The notes: generated by a model from the sequence alone, not told the origin. DNA of 64,000 nt from Minisyncoccia bacterium (GCA_038228545.1 JBBRPE010000001.1:110924-174923); one strand, 5' to 3'; counted from the stretch's first letter, positions 1-9,331 are shown. Program-made: numbers and translations.

Positions 1-416
1 TCAGCTGCTGGTGCTTCTTCTACTGCGGGTACAGCAGCTTCTGCTTCTGCGGCAGCTTTCGCTGCAGCTTCAGCCTTTACTGCTTCCTCTGCTGCCTTTG
101 CGGCTGCAGCGGCGTCTTCAGCTGCCTTCTTCGCAATGTTCTTTCCGAGGTTAGCCTGCGAAACAACCTTAGAAGTCTTAGCGCCCTCGATTACGCCCTC
201 CTTTACGAGCAAGTTGTGAAGTGACGGAGAAACCTGAGCACCCTTAGAAATCCAGTCCTTGATAGCCTCAGGCTTCAGCGTTACCGCCTTGGTCTTTGGG
301 TTATAGGTACCAACAAGGTCGACATAGGAACCTGCCTTAGGGCCAGAGGCCTTCGGGAGTACAGCAATACGAAAGGCCGGGTCGTTCTTGCGGCCAATGC
401 GCTGGAATCGAATCAT
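1..416 (-). CDS. rpsP: 30S ribosomal protein S16 (partial; C-terminal low-complexity A/E/K-rich tail runs off the window start)
   Basis: Minus-strand translation from ATG at 414-416 gives MIRFQRIGRKNDPAFRIAVLPKASGPKAGSYVDLVGTYNP..., the S16 N-terminal signature; not in ORF track because it reaches the window edge. Confidence 0.8.
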   Translation of the reverse strand, partial: MIRFQRIGRKNDPAFRIAVLPKASGPKAGSYVDLVGTYNPKTKAVTLKPEAIKDWISKGAQVSPSLHNLLVKEGVIEGAKTSKVVSQANLGKNIAKKAAEDAAAAAKAAEEAVKAEAAAKAAAEAEAAVPAVEEAPAA

Positions 417-797
417 CAACATAGTGAGGGGAAATGTAACAAAATAGGGCGTTTTGGTCAAATATAAGGAAAATGCGGCGGGCCAGTGTAGGGGGACCCG
501 CCGCACCTTGCTGTTCCGAATGTGAAATTCCGGAAGGAGCGTTTAGTCGATAGACCAAACATTACGGCTTTCGCGAGCGGTGGCGCGCGACCCGAATGCC
601 TATCCGCGTGCTCAACCCACGGACTACGGCACTATACCAGAACCGGTTTCAAGGTAAACAGATCGGCGGTCCCCTTGTAGGGACCGCCGTAGCTCTGCTA
701 ATCAGTGCCTCTTCTCAGAGGTACAGAGCTGTCCGGTGCTAACCCCGGAACGTCGGCATCATAGCAGAAACAATCCTATCTGCTAAAGTAAGTACAA

Positions 798-2762
798 ATG
801 GCTGATGGCGCGACGTTCGAGGGACCCATAACTATTACCCGCACGGGTAAAGGTTTTTTTACCTATGATCCTGAACAGGAAGATGCATTCATTCCCGGAG
901 AAAATCTCGGAGGCGCTTTCCCTACTGACATAGTAAAAGTACAGCTGATGGGTAAAGAAAGTGACCCGCGTTCAGGAAAAATGCGCGAGATAGGAAAAGT
1001 AGTTGATATCGTCACACGCACGCGTGAATCATTCGTCGGCACACTCGTCGAAAATAAAGAGGACAACCTCACCATGCTTCAGCCCGATTGGAAGAAGATG
1101 TATGTGCCGTTTGTTGTTAAGGGAGACAGCCTTCCACTCGGACAGAAAGTACTTATCCGCTTTCAGGGGTGGGCAGCAAATCAGCCGTACCCGTGGGGCA
1201 CGCTCGAAGAAATCATCGGACCAGCCGGCGACCATGAGACCGAGATGCGCGCACTCGCGCTTTCACAAGGTTTCCATAGCAACTTCCCTCCTGGCGTTGT
1301 GAATCAGGCGGACGGTCTTGAAAAGACTGGCAAAGGACTTATTGCACAGGACGCCGAAGAAGGTATTCGCACCGGACGTCGGAAAGATTTCCGCGGTACT
1401 GTCACGTTCACTATTGACCCGTACGACGCGAAGGACTTCGACGACGCACTCTCAGTCAAGAAACTTGAGAACGGCAACACAGAAGTAGGTGTACACATTG
1501 CGGACGTTTCGTTCTTTGTGGTACCGGGAAGCTCGATAGATGACGAGGCGCGCAAGCGCGCAACGTCGGTCTACCTCGTCGACCGCACTATTCCCATGCT
1601 CCCTGAAGTGCTTTCTACCAATCTCTGCTCGCTCAATCCGAACGAGGACCGCCTTGCTGTGTCTGCAGTGTTCGAGCTGAACGACAACGGCGAGATAGTT
1701 TCTTCCTGGTTTGGCGAGAGTGTTATTCATTCCGACCGTCGCTTTACATATGAGGACGCTCAGGAAGTACTCGATACCGGCACGGGCGACTACCACGATG
1801 AGCTCGTCACCCTTCGCACGCTCGCATGGAAGATACGGGGACGACGCACCGACAAGGGTGCAATCGCATTTGATACACCTGAAGTAAAGGTAAAACTGAA
1901 TGACGAAGGCAAGCCTATTTCGATAGACCTAAAAGTACGCCAAGACACCAACATGTTGATTGAAGACTTCATGCTGCTCGCAAACGAAAACGTAGCGGCG
2001 ATGCTTACTGAAGCAGCAAAGAAAGCGCACCTCCAGAACTCAGTTATTTATCGTACGCATGACCTACCTGACGCAGAGCGTATTGAAAATCTTTCGCAGT
2101 TCCTCAAAGTCATGGGTTACCATCTCGAGACTACTGCGGGACGCGTGAAAGGTACCGACATCAATGCCCTGCTCGAGCAAGTAAAGGGAAAGCCGGAAGA
2201 ATATCTCATTAAGACGGCAACGCTTCGCTCGATGGCGAAGGCTGTCTACACGACGAAGAACGTCGGCCACTTCGGGCTCGCCTTTGAGTTCTACACGCAC
2301 TTCACGTCCCCCATTCGTCGCTACCCTGACCTCCTTATCCACCGCCTCGTGAAGCACACCAAGAACGGCGAGCCGTTCACGAGTGGACAGGTGGCAGAGC
2401 TTCCGGAACTTGCGACGCACTCAAGCGAACGTGAGCAAGCAGCAACCGAAGCTGAGCGCGATTCCATCAAGCTCAAGATTGTCGAATACATGGCAGACAA
2501 AGTGGGCGAGGAATTCGACGCGGTTATTTCCGGTGTGAACGACCGTGGCCTATACGTCGAACTCAACCTCACGCGTGCGGAAGGTATGATTCGCATCCGC
2601 GAGCTAGGCGACGATTATTTCATATACGACGAGAAGCATTACCGCATCGTCGGTGAACGTACCAAAAAGTCCTACGCACTCGGCGATCCTATCCGTGTGA
2701 AGCTGACAGAAGCGCGTCCGCTCGAACGTGAGCTCGACTTCGCACTCGTAGAAGCAACGTAA
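798..2762 (+). CDS. rnr: Ribonuclease R / VacB family 3'-5' exoribonuclease (RNB catalytic domain plus C-terminal S1 domain)
   Basis: 654-aa ORF; RNB motif FTIDPYDAKDFDDALSV, C-terminal S1-like GVISGVNDRGLYVEL. Confidence 0.9.
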   Translation: MADGATFEGPITITRTGKGFFTYDPEQEDAFIPGENLGGAFPTDIVKVQLMGKESDPRSGKMREIGKVVDIVTRTRESFVGTLVENKEDNLTMLQPDWKKMYVPFVVKGDSLPLGQKVLIRFQGWAANQPYPWGTLEEIIGPAGDHETEMRALALSQGFHSNFPPGVVNQADGLEKTGKGLIAQDAEEGIRTGRRKDFRGTVTFTIDPYDAKDFDDALSVKKLENGNTEVGVHIADVSFFVVPGSSIDDEARKRATSVYLVDRTIPMLPEVLSTNLCSLNPNEDRLAVSAVFELNDNGEIVSSWFGESVIHSDRRFTYEDAQEVLDTGTGDYHDELVTLRTLAWKIRGRRTDKGAIAFDTPEVKVKLNDEGKPISIDLKVRQDTNMLIEDFMLLANENVAAMLTEAAKKAHLQNSVIYRTHDLPDAERIENLSQFLKVMGYHLETTAGRVKGTDINALLEQVKGKPEEYLIKTATLRSMAKAVYTTKNVGHFGLAFEFYTHFTSPIRRYPDLLIHRLVKHTKNGEPFTSGQVAELPELATHSSEREQAATEAERDSIKLKIVEYMADKVGEEFDAVISGVNDRGLYVELNLTRAEGMIRIRELGDDYFIYDEKHYRIVGERTKKSYALGDPIRVKLTEARPLERELDFALVEAT

Positions 2763-2831
2763 GTATTGACTAGACGTGTAAATGTGGTACAGTGGTACAA
2801 ACCCCTGTACATCTCATTCGAAGGAGAACAT

Positions 2832-3458
2832 ATGCCCACCGAGGACCCAAAGTCTCGCGCAGAGCTCAATAAGCTCGCACGGATGCTCGATCGTCCGGGC
2901 TTCATACCACAGACGAAAGACCCATTCCTGTTCAGCTTCATTGTACGAACTGCCCTGGCAAACGGCGTGAGTCCGCAAGACATCGTGGCCCACGCGAATA
3001 CACGCATCGACGTCGCGATACTGCGAGCCGTTGCGCAAGGTGATGACGTCATGATTCTGCCGCTACTCTGTGTTGATATCGTCCGCAACGGCATCCGGCC
3101 GCTACTGACGGAGAGCGGAGACTCGGTAAAACGTCTCGCTGACAAAGAAGTCGAACTTCTCCGCTGGACGTTCCGCGACTATCTGGCCAAGGAAATCAGT
3201 TTCGTCAACGAAGTCGAGACTGATCACGGCTTCGTCCAGCTTGTGAACACCGCAGTGGAGGGTTGTAGGCTTGATCCTTGGCAACTCGCCGAGAAATCCC
3301 CTGCACGAGCAACTGTCCGTGGAGGCTTCACGTCCGGCCAAGATATCGGAGGCTGGTCGCGAGGCGAAGGCCCGCTTCTCCCCAAGAAATACCGGGTTCA
3401 GTTCTTTACGGAAGCGGTTCTTCCGGTTCTCGAGAAAGTGCTCAACATCACGGACTAA
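2832..3458 (+). CDS. Hypothetical protein (about 208 aa) immediately downstream of rnr
   Basis: ORF track 2766..3458; internal ATG at 2832 preceded by strong SD (GAAGGAGAACAT-ATG); no recognisable motif. Confidence 0.5.
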   Translation: MPTEDPKSRAELNKLARMLDRPGFIPQTKDPFLFSFIVRTALANGVSPQDIVAHANTRIDVAILRAVAQGDDVMILPLLCVDIVRNGIRPLLTESGDSVKRLADKEVELLRWTFRDYLAKEISFVNEVETDHGFVQLVNTAVEGCRLDPWQLAEKSPARATVRGGFTSGQDIGGWSRGEGPLLPKKYRVQFFTEAVLPVLEKVLNITD

Positions 3459-3461
3459 CAG

Positions 3462-3509
3462 TCCCACTGCCCTCTCTTTGGCTTGCCAGAGAGAGGGTGG
3501 ACTTTTTTA
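3462..3509. terminator. Bidirectional rho-independent terminator between convergent hypothetical gene and gdh
   Basis: GC-rich hairpin CCCTCTCT..AGAGAGGG(TGGAC) followed by TTTTTT. Confidence 0.5.
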
Positions 3510-4718
3510 GGCCTCGAGTATGCGGGTTACGGCAAGCGCATACGCAGCTTCGCGAAGCGTGATGTTTCGTTCTGCGGCGAAGTCCGCGACGTCGCGATAC
3601 GCATCTTCCATAGTGGTCTTTAGACGCTCTTCCACTTCTGCCCGCGTCCACGTTTCCCCTGACTTGTTTTGAAGCCATTCGAAATACGAAACGGTTACGC
3701 CACCGGCGTTCGCAAGCACATCAGGAATGACGATAATACCGTTCTCTGTGAGCGCCGCATCAGCTATAGGTGTCACCGGACCGTTCGCTATTTCAAGCAC
3801 GACGCCTGCCTGTACGCGCCCAACATTGTCGTCGCGTATCTGTTCCTCGAGTGCTGCAGGGATGATGATATCGGCCGGAATGGTGAAAATGGAATCGGCA
3901 GGAAGCTTCTCGCCTTCTGCTTCGTGTACGGAACCTTTTTCTTCTTTCACAGAAAGCACATGCTCAACATCAAGACCCTTCGGATTTGCGATTGTGCCGT
4001 GCGAATCCGCAATGGCAACAACGCGAGCGCCGCTTTGTGCAAGCAGGCGTGCTGCCTGTGCACCAGCATTCCCTGCTCCCTGAACACTTGCAGTGAGATT
4101 CTCGAGCGAACGATGCTGATCGCGCAGAAGTGCATCAAGTACTATGACTGCGCCGTCTGCTGTCGCTGTGTCGCGGCCTTCGCTTCCACCCTTATCAAGT
4201 GGCTTCCCCGTAATGAATGCGGGCGACGGCTTCCCGGTGATTTTTTCATATTCGTCGAGCATGACCGCCATGATTTCAGGAGTCGTGTACACATCAGGTG
4301 CAGGCACGTCTACGTCTGGTCCGAGGTGGTCGGCAAATGCTCGCACAAAAGCACGTGCCACTTCATGTATTTCATTCTTTGAATGCGTGCGTGGGTCAAA
4401 CGCAACACCGCCCTTCGCGCCACCGAATGGAATGTCTACAACGGCACACTTAATAGCCATCATCGCGGCAAGCGCCGAGACCTCGTCTTCGTCTGCGTCC
4501 GGATGGAAACGAATACCACCCTTGTAGGGTCCACGAGCATTATTAAACTGCACGCGATACGCAGGATACGTAGCGGTGCTTCCGTCGTCGCGCGTAATAG
4601 TCAGGTCTGCCTTGAGCACGCGGTCAGGTGTTTCAAGACGCGCACGGTCTTCTTCTGAAAGCCCGAGGAGCTCTGCTGCTCGGTCCATATTCTGCTTGAA
4701 GTATTCAAATGCGGCCAT
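3507..4718 (-). CDS. gdhA: Glutamate dehydrogenase (Glu/Leu/Phe/Val dehydrogenase family)
   Basis: 403 aa; GGIRFHPDADEDEV...VDIPFGGAKGG motifs and NAD(P) Rossmann GAGNAG. Confidence 0.9.
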   Translation of the reverse strand: MAAFEYFKQNMDRAAELLGLSEEDRARLETPDRVLKADLTITRDDGSTATYPAYRVQFNNARGPYKGGIRFHPDADEDEVSALAAMMAIKCAVVDIPFGGAKGGVAFDPRTHSKNEIHEVARAFVRAFADHLGPDVDVPAPDVYTTPEIMAVMLDEYEKITGKPSPAFITGKPLDKGGSEGRDTATADGAVIVLDALLRDQHRSLENLTASVQGAGNAGAQAARLLAQSGARVVAIADSHGTIANPKGLDVEHVLSVKEEKGSVHEAEGEKLPADSIFTIPADIIIPAALEEQIRDDNVGRVQAGVVLEIANGPVTPIADAALTENGIIVIPDVLANAGGVTVSYFEWLQNKSGETWTRAEVEERLKTTMEDAYRDVADFAAERNITLREAAYALAVTRILEA

Positions 4719-4980
4719 ATTCTTCTCTGGTGACTGCTATCAGAGAATCTTACGCCTCTCCAGGAATCGGTCTATGGGGATAGCTTCGCTCGGGGTAGTA
4801 AGAATCTCCGCAACTTCGACACTCACGTGTCGCACTTCACATAGTCCCCTCGTAGCGAAAACTCCCTAAAGCACTTCGTTAGTCGGGAGTTTTCTCCTCG
4901 GCTCATTGTGAAGTTGCTCTGCGTTCGGAATAGCGGATATTCTTTACTACCCATCGCTACGCGAGAAACGGAAGGAGTTT

Positions 4981-5147
4981 GTGTGGATGAAGGAAATTAA
5001 CTGGAAGCAGCCGAAGCGGAAAGAGTTTTGGAAAGAAATAGCCGACCGAGGTCCTCGAGTGGCGGTATTTCTTGAACGAAAGGACTATCCGCTTCGTGTC
5101 GCCCTGGAACGCCGGAGTTTTCCGTCATCCGCGCACACGAGTGTAGC
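4981..5147. repeat. Copy 1 of a duplicated ~150-170-nt non-coding element with terminal inverted repeats, starting 10 nt after the smc stop codon
   Basis: ~125-nt core (5001-5125, ctggaagcagccgaagc...ccggagttttcc) ~88% identical to 24750-24875; ends GTGTGGATGAAGG / CCGTCATCCGCGCACAC are inverted repeats; no conserved ORF. Confidence 0.7.
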
Positions 5148-7379
5148 CTATTTTGCGACCGCAGCAGCTTCTTCAAATTTAACTGAAAGTAGTTTACTGA
5201 TACCATCCGCGCCCATAGTGACGCCGTAGAGTATTCCGGCGCGCGACATAGTCTCGCGGTTGTGGGTGATGACGATGAGCTGGGATTTCTTGGCAAGCTC
5301 TTCAATCATGTCGCCGTAACGGCGCGAGTTTGCCTCGTCGAGTGCTGCGTCCGTCTCGTCGAGTATGAGGAACGGTGGCGGATTCACCTGACTCATAGCA
5401 AAAATAAGTGCGATAGACGTAAGTGCACGCTCACCGCCAGAAAGTTGCATGAGTGACTGCACGCGCTTCTTCGGCAAATGTACGGAAATTTCAATACCGG
5501 GCTTGCCCTGCTTCTTTGTTTTCTTCCCTGATATTTCTTCGTCTTCGTAGGTTTCGTCTTCATCGTCTTCCTCAATAGCATCCTGTTCCTCAAGGATGAG
5601 CTTTGCGCCACCGCCGCCAAACATAATGCCAAAGTATTCGCCGAAGGAATGATTTACCTGCGCGAGACCTTCAGCGAACGTTTTTGTAAGTTCGTCGTCG
5701 AGGTCAGTAATAAGTCCTGCCAAGCCCTCTGCAGACTTTGCGAGGTCTGCAAGCTCGCGTGCAAGAAATTCTTCGCGTTCGGTTGCTTCCGTGTATTCTC
5801 GCTTTACATCTTCACCAGTGCCGCCCGCTTCTTCCACACGAATCTTGAGACGTTCGAGAGTACGCTTTCGCATCTCCTGCACGGAACGCTCTTCGCTCGA
5901 TATTTCTTCCTGTTCATGATTAAACGCACTCGCTCCTGCAAGCGAGAGTACTTCCGCCCTATCGCGCTCAAGTTCGTCCGCGAGACTCTGGAGCTCGCGC
6001 ACACGGTAGTCTTCGCGAGCAACACTTCCTTCTTCACGGGCTTTCGTTTCTGCAAGTCCGAGGATGCGTCGCTTTTCTTCGCGGCCAGTCTCTTCATAGG
6101 CAAGTGCCGTCTCACGCGCTTTCATAAGCACGCTACGCGCCTTCTCGACAGCACCCTCGAGCTCGGCGTCCTTCTTCATGAGCTCGGTACGCTCGTTCTC
6201 GAGCTGATAGACCGTATTCTCCTCATCCTTGAGATAGTCGTCGTTTGGAGCCGCGTAACGGTCAAAGAAGGCAGCAACAGCAGCACGTAGTCCTTGGAGG
6301 GCTGCACGTATCGCGCCTGGTTCCGCCTGTTCCGTTTCGACAATCTTGGACTGTTTCTCCACTTCTTCGCGAAGCGTAGAGAGATCCTCACGGGTGACTT
6401 TCACGTACGGCTCGCGCGCGATAGCCGCCGTGCGTTTCTTTGCTTCATGGAGCCCGCCTTCGATGCGACCTATCTCGCGGGAAAGCGTGGAGCGTTCGCT
6501 CCCGATACGATCCACCTCACGCTCAGCCATTCGAATAGCTTCACTACGCTTCATACTCTCAGAGTCGCCGGTAACACCCTCGTCAAAGACTGCAAGTTCA
6601 GCGCTTGCGGTCGCGAGCTTCTCTGCTGCCACCATCTTGCGCTTAGCGGCATGCTCACGCTCCGACTCAATGTAGTTTTCCTCGACAGCGAAGTAGGTGC
6701 GAGCGAGCGATGCGAGCTCGTTCATGAGTTCTTCCGCGCGCTCTACCTTCTCTACTTGTTTCTGAAGGAAGCGGATGTGCGGAGCTATCTCTCGCCTAAG
6801 TGCTTCTACCTCACGGACATTATCCTGCGTGCGATCGAGTTTGCGTTCTGCTTCCTGTTTCTTGAATTCAAAAACTTTCAGACCAAGTGCATCTTCGAGC
6901 ATGGCGCGCCGCTCACGCGGATGTGCAAGCAAGATGCGGTCTGCCCCCCCCTGCGAGATGATGTGATGGCCTGTTTCGCCGATATTTGCTGACGCGAGAA
7001 GTTCCTGCACATCGCGCAAACGTACCTTCGAGCCGTTGATGAGGTATTCGGAAGACCCGTCTCGGAAAACAGCACGCTCAATCGTGACTTCCTCAAAGTC
7101 GAGCTTCGGGAATATGCGCTTGCGGTTATCGAATACGATAGCAACGGATGCGCGGTTGGAACGTGGTGTGGAATTAGACCCGCTCCATATAAGGTCTTCA
7201 CTGCGCTTGCCGCGCATGGATTTCATAGACTGTTCGCCAAGAGCAAAGCGGAACGCTTCAGCGACATTTGATTTACCCGAACCATTAGGCCCCACTATCG
7301 AAGTGGTTGCATTAGAAAAATCCAGAATCGTCTTTTTCGCGAACGATTTAAAGCCGACTATCTCGAGCCGTTTCAACAT
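5148..7379 (-). CDS. smc: SMC-family chromosome segregation ATPase (short, ~743 aa)
   Basis: N-terminal Walker A MLKRLEIVGFKSF...GPNGSGKSN, long coiled-coil middle, C-terminal signature LSGGERALTSIALIFA...LDETDAALD; start taken at ATG 7379 (ORF track extends to 7439). Confidence 0.8.
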   Translation of the reverse strand: MLKRLEIVGFKSFAKKTILDFSNATTSIVGPNGSGKSNVAEAFRFALGEQSMKSMRGKRSEDLIWSGSNSTPRSNRASVAIVFDNRKRIFPKLDFEEVTIERAVFRDGSSEYLINGSKVRLRDVQELLASANIGETGHHIISQGGADRILLAHPRERRAMLEDALGLKVFEFKKQEAERKLDRTQDNVREVEALRREIAPHIRFLQKQVEKVERAEELMNELASLARTYFAVEENYIESEREHAAKRKMVAAEKLATASAELAVFDEGVTGDSESMKRSEAIRMAEREVDRIGSERSTLSREIGRIEGGLHEAKKRTAAIAREPYVKVTREDLSTLREEVEKQSKIVETEQAEPGAIRAALQGLRAAVAAFFDRYAAPNDDYLKDEENTVYQLENERTELMKKDAELEGAVEKARSVLMKARETALAYEETGREEKRRILGLAETKAREEGSVAREDYRVRELQSLADELERDRAEVLSLAGASAFNHEQEEISSEERSVQEMRKRTLERLKIRVEEAGGTGEDVKREYTEATEREEFLARELADLAKSAEGLAGLITDLDDELTKTFAEGLAQVNHSFGEYFGIMFGGGGAKLILEEQDAIEEDDEDETYEDEEISGKKTKKQGKPGIEISVHLPKKRVQSLMQLSGGERALTSIALIFAMSQVNPPPFLILDETDAALDEANSRRYGDMIEELAKKSQLIVITHNRETMSRAGILYGVTMGADGISKLLSVKFEEAAAVAK

Positions 7380-7493
7380 TACGAAAAGTATACCGCATCG
7401 AACTCTCTCAGAGATAGCGCTGGAACGAGTATTTCCCAAATAAAAGAATTTCTAGAAATCGGAGGCTCTTGTATGTTGAAGATACAAGCGTAC

Positions 7494-8181
7494 CTACCAG
7501 CCCATCTTGTCGAGTGCAGCTTGTGCAGCATCCTGCTCTGCCTCTTGCTTACTCTTCCCTGCTCCGCGTGCGAATTCTTCTTCACCCAAAAATGCACCTA
7601 CCGTAAAGACTCGGTCATGATCCGGACCTTCTTCAGAAAGTGTCTTGTAGGACGGTGTGATGCTTTTCTTTTCCTGACCTGCTTCCTGGAAGCGGCTCTT
7701 TGCATCCTGGTACCCCTTGTTCTCGATTATGGAATCAATCTTTGGATAAAGCGTGCGTGCAACGAACGCTTCGGCCGCTTCGTAGCCCTGGTCCAAGTAG
7801 ATGCTTCCAAGTACTGCTTCAAAGGCATTCGCAAGGATAATGTCGCGTGCACGACCAGTGTCCTTCGCTTCACCTTTCGAAAGAAGGAGCATGTCGTTAA
7901 GACCAAGGAGCTTTGCACTTTCCGCGAGAGAGACGGTGTTCACAAGTGCGGCACGATACGCCGTGAGATCGCCCTCCGGCTTCATTGGAAATTTATTGAA
8001 AAGGTAGTGCGTGCTTGCGAGCTCGAGCACGGCATCACCGAGAAATTCGAGGCGTTCGTTGTGCGGTCCTGTCGCCTTATGCTCATTTAAATAGGAACGA
8101 TGCGTAAGCGCCTCGACCAGTAAGTCGAGGTTTTTGTAGCTAAGCCCCAGCTGGGCTGCGTATCCGCTGAATTCCGCCATA
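7494..8181 (-). CDS. rnc: Ribonuclease III
   Basis: RNase III signature HRSY...NERLEFLGDAVLEL plus C-terminal dsRBD; start at MAEFSG (ATG 8181; ORF track extends to 8240). Confidence 0.9.
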
Positions 8182-8230
8182 TGCCCGTAGATTATCGCAA
8201 AACGCTGTAAACGCCAGCGGGTCTTTTTTT

Positions 8231-8276
8231 CAACTATCACCTCTTTGTGACGACCGTCACAAAGAGGTGATAGTTG
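8231..8276 (-). promoter_or_regulatory. 21-bp perfect inverted repeat (hairpin) in the rnc 5' leader
   Basis: caactatcacctctttgtgac | gacc | gtcacaaagaggtgatagttg; 50-95 nt upstream of rnc start; T7 on one side only, so not a canonical terminator. Confidence 0.5.
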
Positions 8277-8369
8277 AAGGTTGCGTGAAGGTAGCGTGAG
8301 GGTCGCAGAAGTTGGTTGAAGCTGATTGAAATTGATTGAAATGAGGAGTGGCAGCCGTAAAGAATCCAG

Positions 8370-8405
8370 GCGCGAATACTATTCGCGCCTGGATTCTTTT
8401 AGACC
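8370..8405 (-). terminator. Probable terminator downstream of the NusB-NUDIX gene
   Basis: 16-bp GC-rich stem gaatccaggcgcgaat/attcgcgcctggattc with flanking A/T runs. Confidence 0.45.
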
Positions 8406-8428
8406 AACTCCGAGGTGTTGGTTTTAAA

Positions 8429-9331
8429 TTACGAGGAACGCGGTCGGTCGAGGAGTTTTTGGACGGCCGCAGTGACAATCGGAAGCATGTCGTCATAGAA
8501 GTTCAAATCGAGTATGTCGGGAAGACGGAACCACTTTGCATCATCGAGTCCACCGCTTTTTTTAAGCGTTAGCGTTTCAAACTCCGTCGAGACTAGGAAG
8601 AAATACACGTGCTTGCGTATCTTTCCCTTTTCCGGATGCGAGGCGACATATTCGTTCTCGCCAATCTGGTCTTCTACTTTGACGTTCATAAGCCCAAGCT
8701 CTTCGCCCACAACACGCGCCACGCCCACTTCCGGAGTTGGGTCTCCTTCTATATGACCCTTTGAGAGCGTCCAGCGCCCGAAGATGTCATGCACCAGCGC
8801 GAGGTAGTACTGGCCATCATGGAGTGCGTACACGATTGCGCCACCAAGCTTTTCAAGAGGAAGGTCTTCGCGCTTCACACGATCCTTCTTCCCTATCTCG
8901 TCTTTACCCGGTTCACCGAGCTCTTTGTAGACCGCACCGAGAACGCCGTTTACGAAACGACCCGAAGAGTCACCGCCGAATACCTTTGCAAGTTCAATTG
9001 CTTCGTTTATAGCTACCTTTGCCGGTACCTGCGTACGGTCAGCAAAAAGAAGTTCATAAAGCCCGATACGGAGTATGTTGCGATCAACTGGCGCAATCTT
9101 ATCGAGCGGCCAATCAGGCGCGGCTTTCTCAATGACCATATCAAGGTCGGGCTTTTTGGCGAGTACGCCATCGAGGAGAGTTTTCATAAAAGGCTGGTCG
9201 GTATCATCGCCGCCGAACTCGTCGACGTTGCGTGCGAGCATTTCTGCTGCACCTTTTGCGTCGGCACTAGTTGTGTCCCACTCAAAGAGTGTTTGCAAAA
9301 CTACCGAACGTGCTAGATGCCTGTTGGCCAT
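8429..9331 (-). CDS. nusB: NusB antitermination domain fused to a C-terminal NUDIX-like hydrolase domain
   Basis: N-terminus RHLARSVVLQTLFEWD...NRILRIGLYELLF...AINEAIELAKVFGG...FVNGVLGAVYKEL (NusB); C-terminus GHIEGDPTPEVGVARVVGEELGL (degenerate Nudix box); 300 aa versus ~140 for NusB alone. Confidence 0.75.
   Translation of the reverse strand: MANRHLARSVVLQTLFEWDTTSADAKGAAEMLARNVDEFGGDDTDQPFMKTLLDGVLAKKPDLDMVIEKAAPDWPLDKIAPVDRNILRIGLYELLFADRTQVPAKVAINEAIELAKVFGGDSSGRFVNGVLGAVYKELGEPGKDEIGKKDRVKREDLPLEKLGGAIVYALHDGQYYLALVHDIFGRWTLSKGHIEGDPTPEVGVARVVGEELGLMNVKVEDQIGENEYVASHPEKGKIRKHVYFFLVSTEFETLTLKKSGGLDDAKWFRLPDILDLNFYDDMLPIVTAAVQKLLDRPRSS

Noticed and set aside
337-558. 73-aa minus-strand ORF from the track
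   Set aside because: Out of frame with and overlapping the clear S16 gene (1..416); no signals.
470-560. Possible SRP (4.5S) RNA because of a UUCCGGAAGGAGCG tetraloop-like motif
   Set aside because: Could not find the complementary 3' strand or conserved helix-8 internal loops; kept only as a generic structured-region finding.
3669-4658. Several plus-strand ORFs (237, 118, 127, 91 aa)
   Set aside because: All antisense to the well-supported gdh gene; Cys-rich or low-complexity composition.
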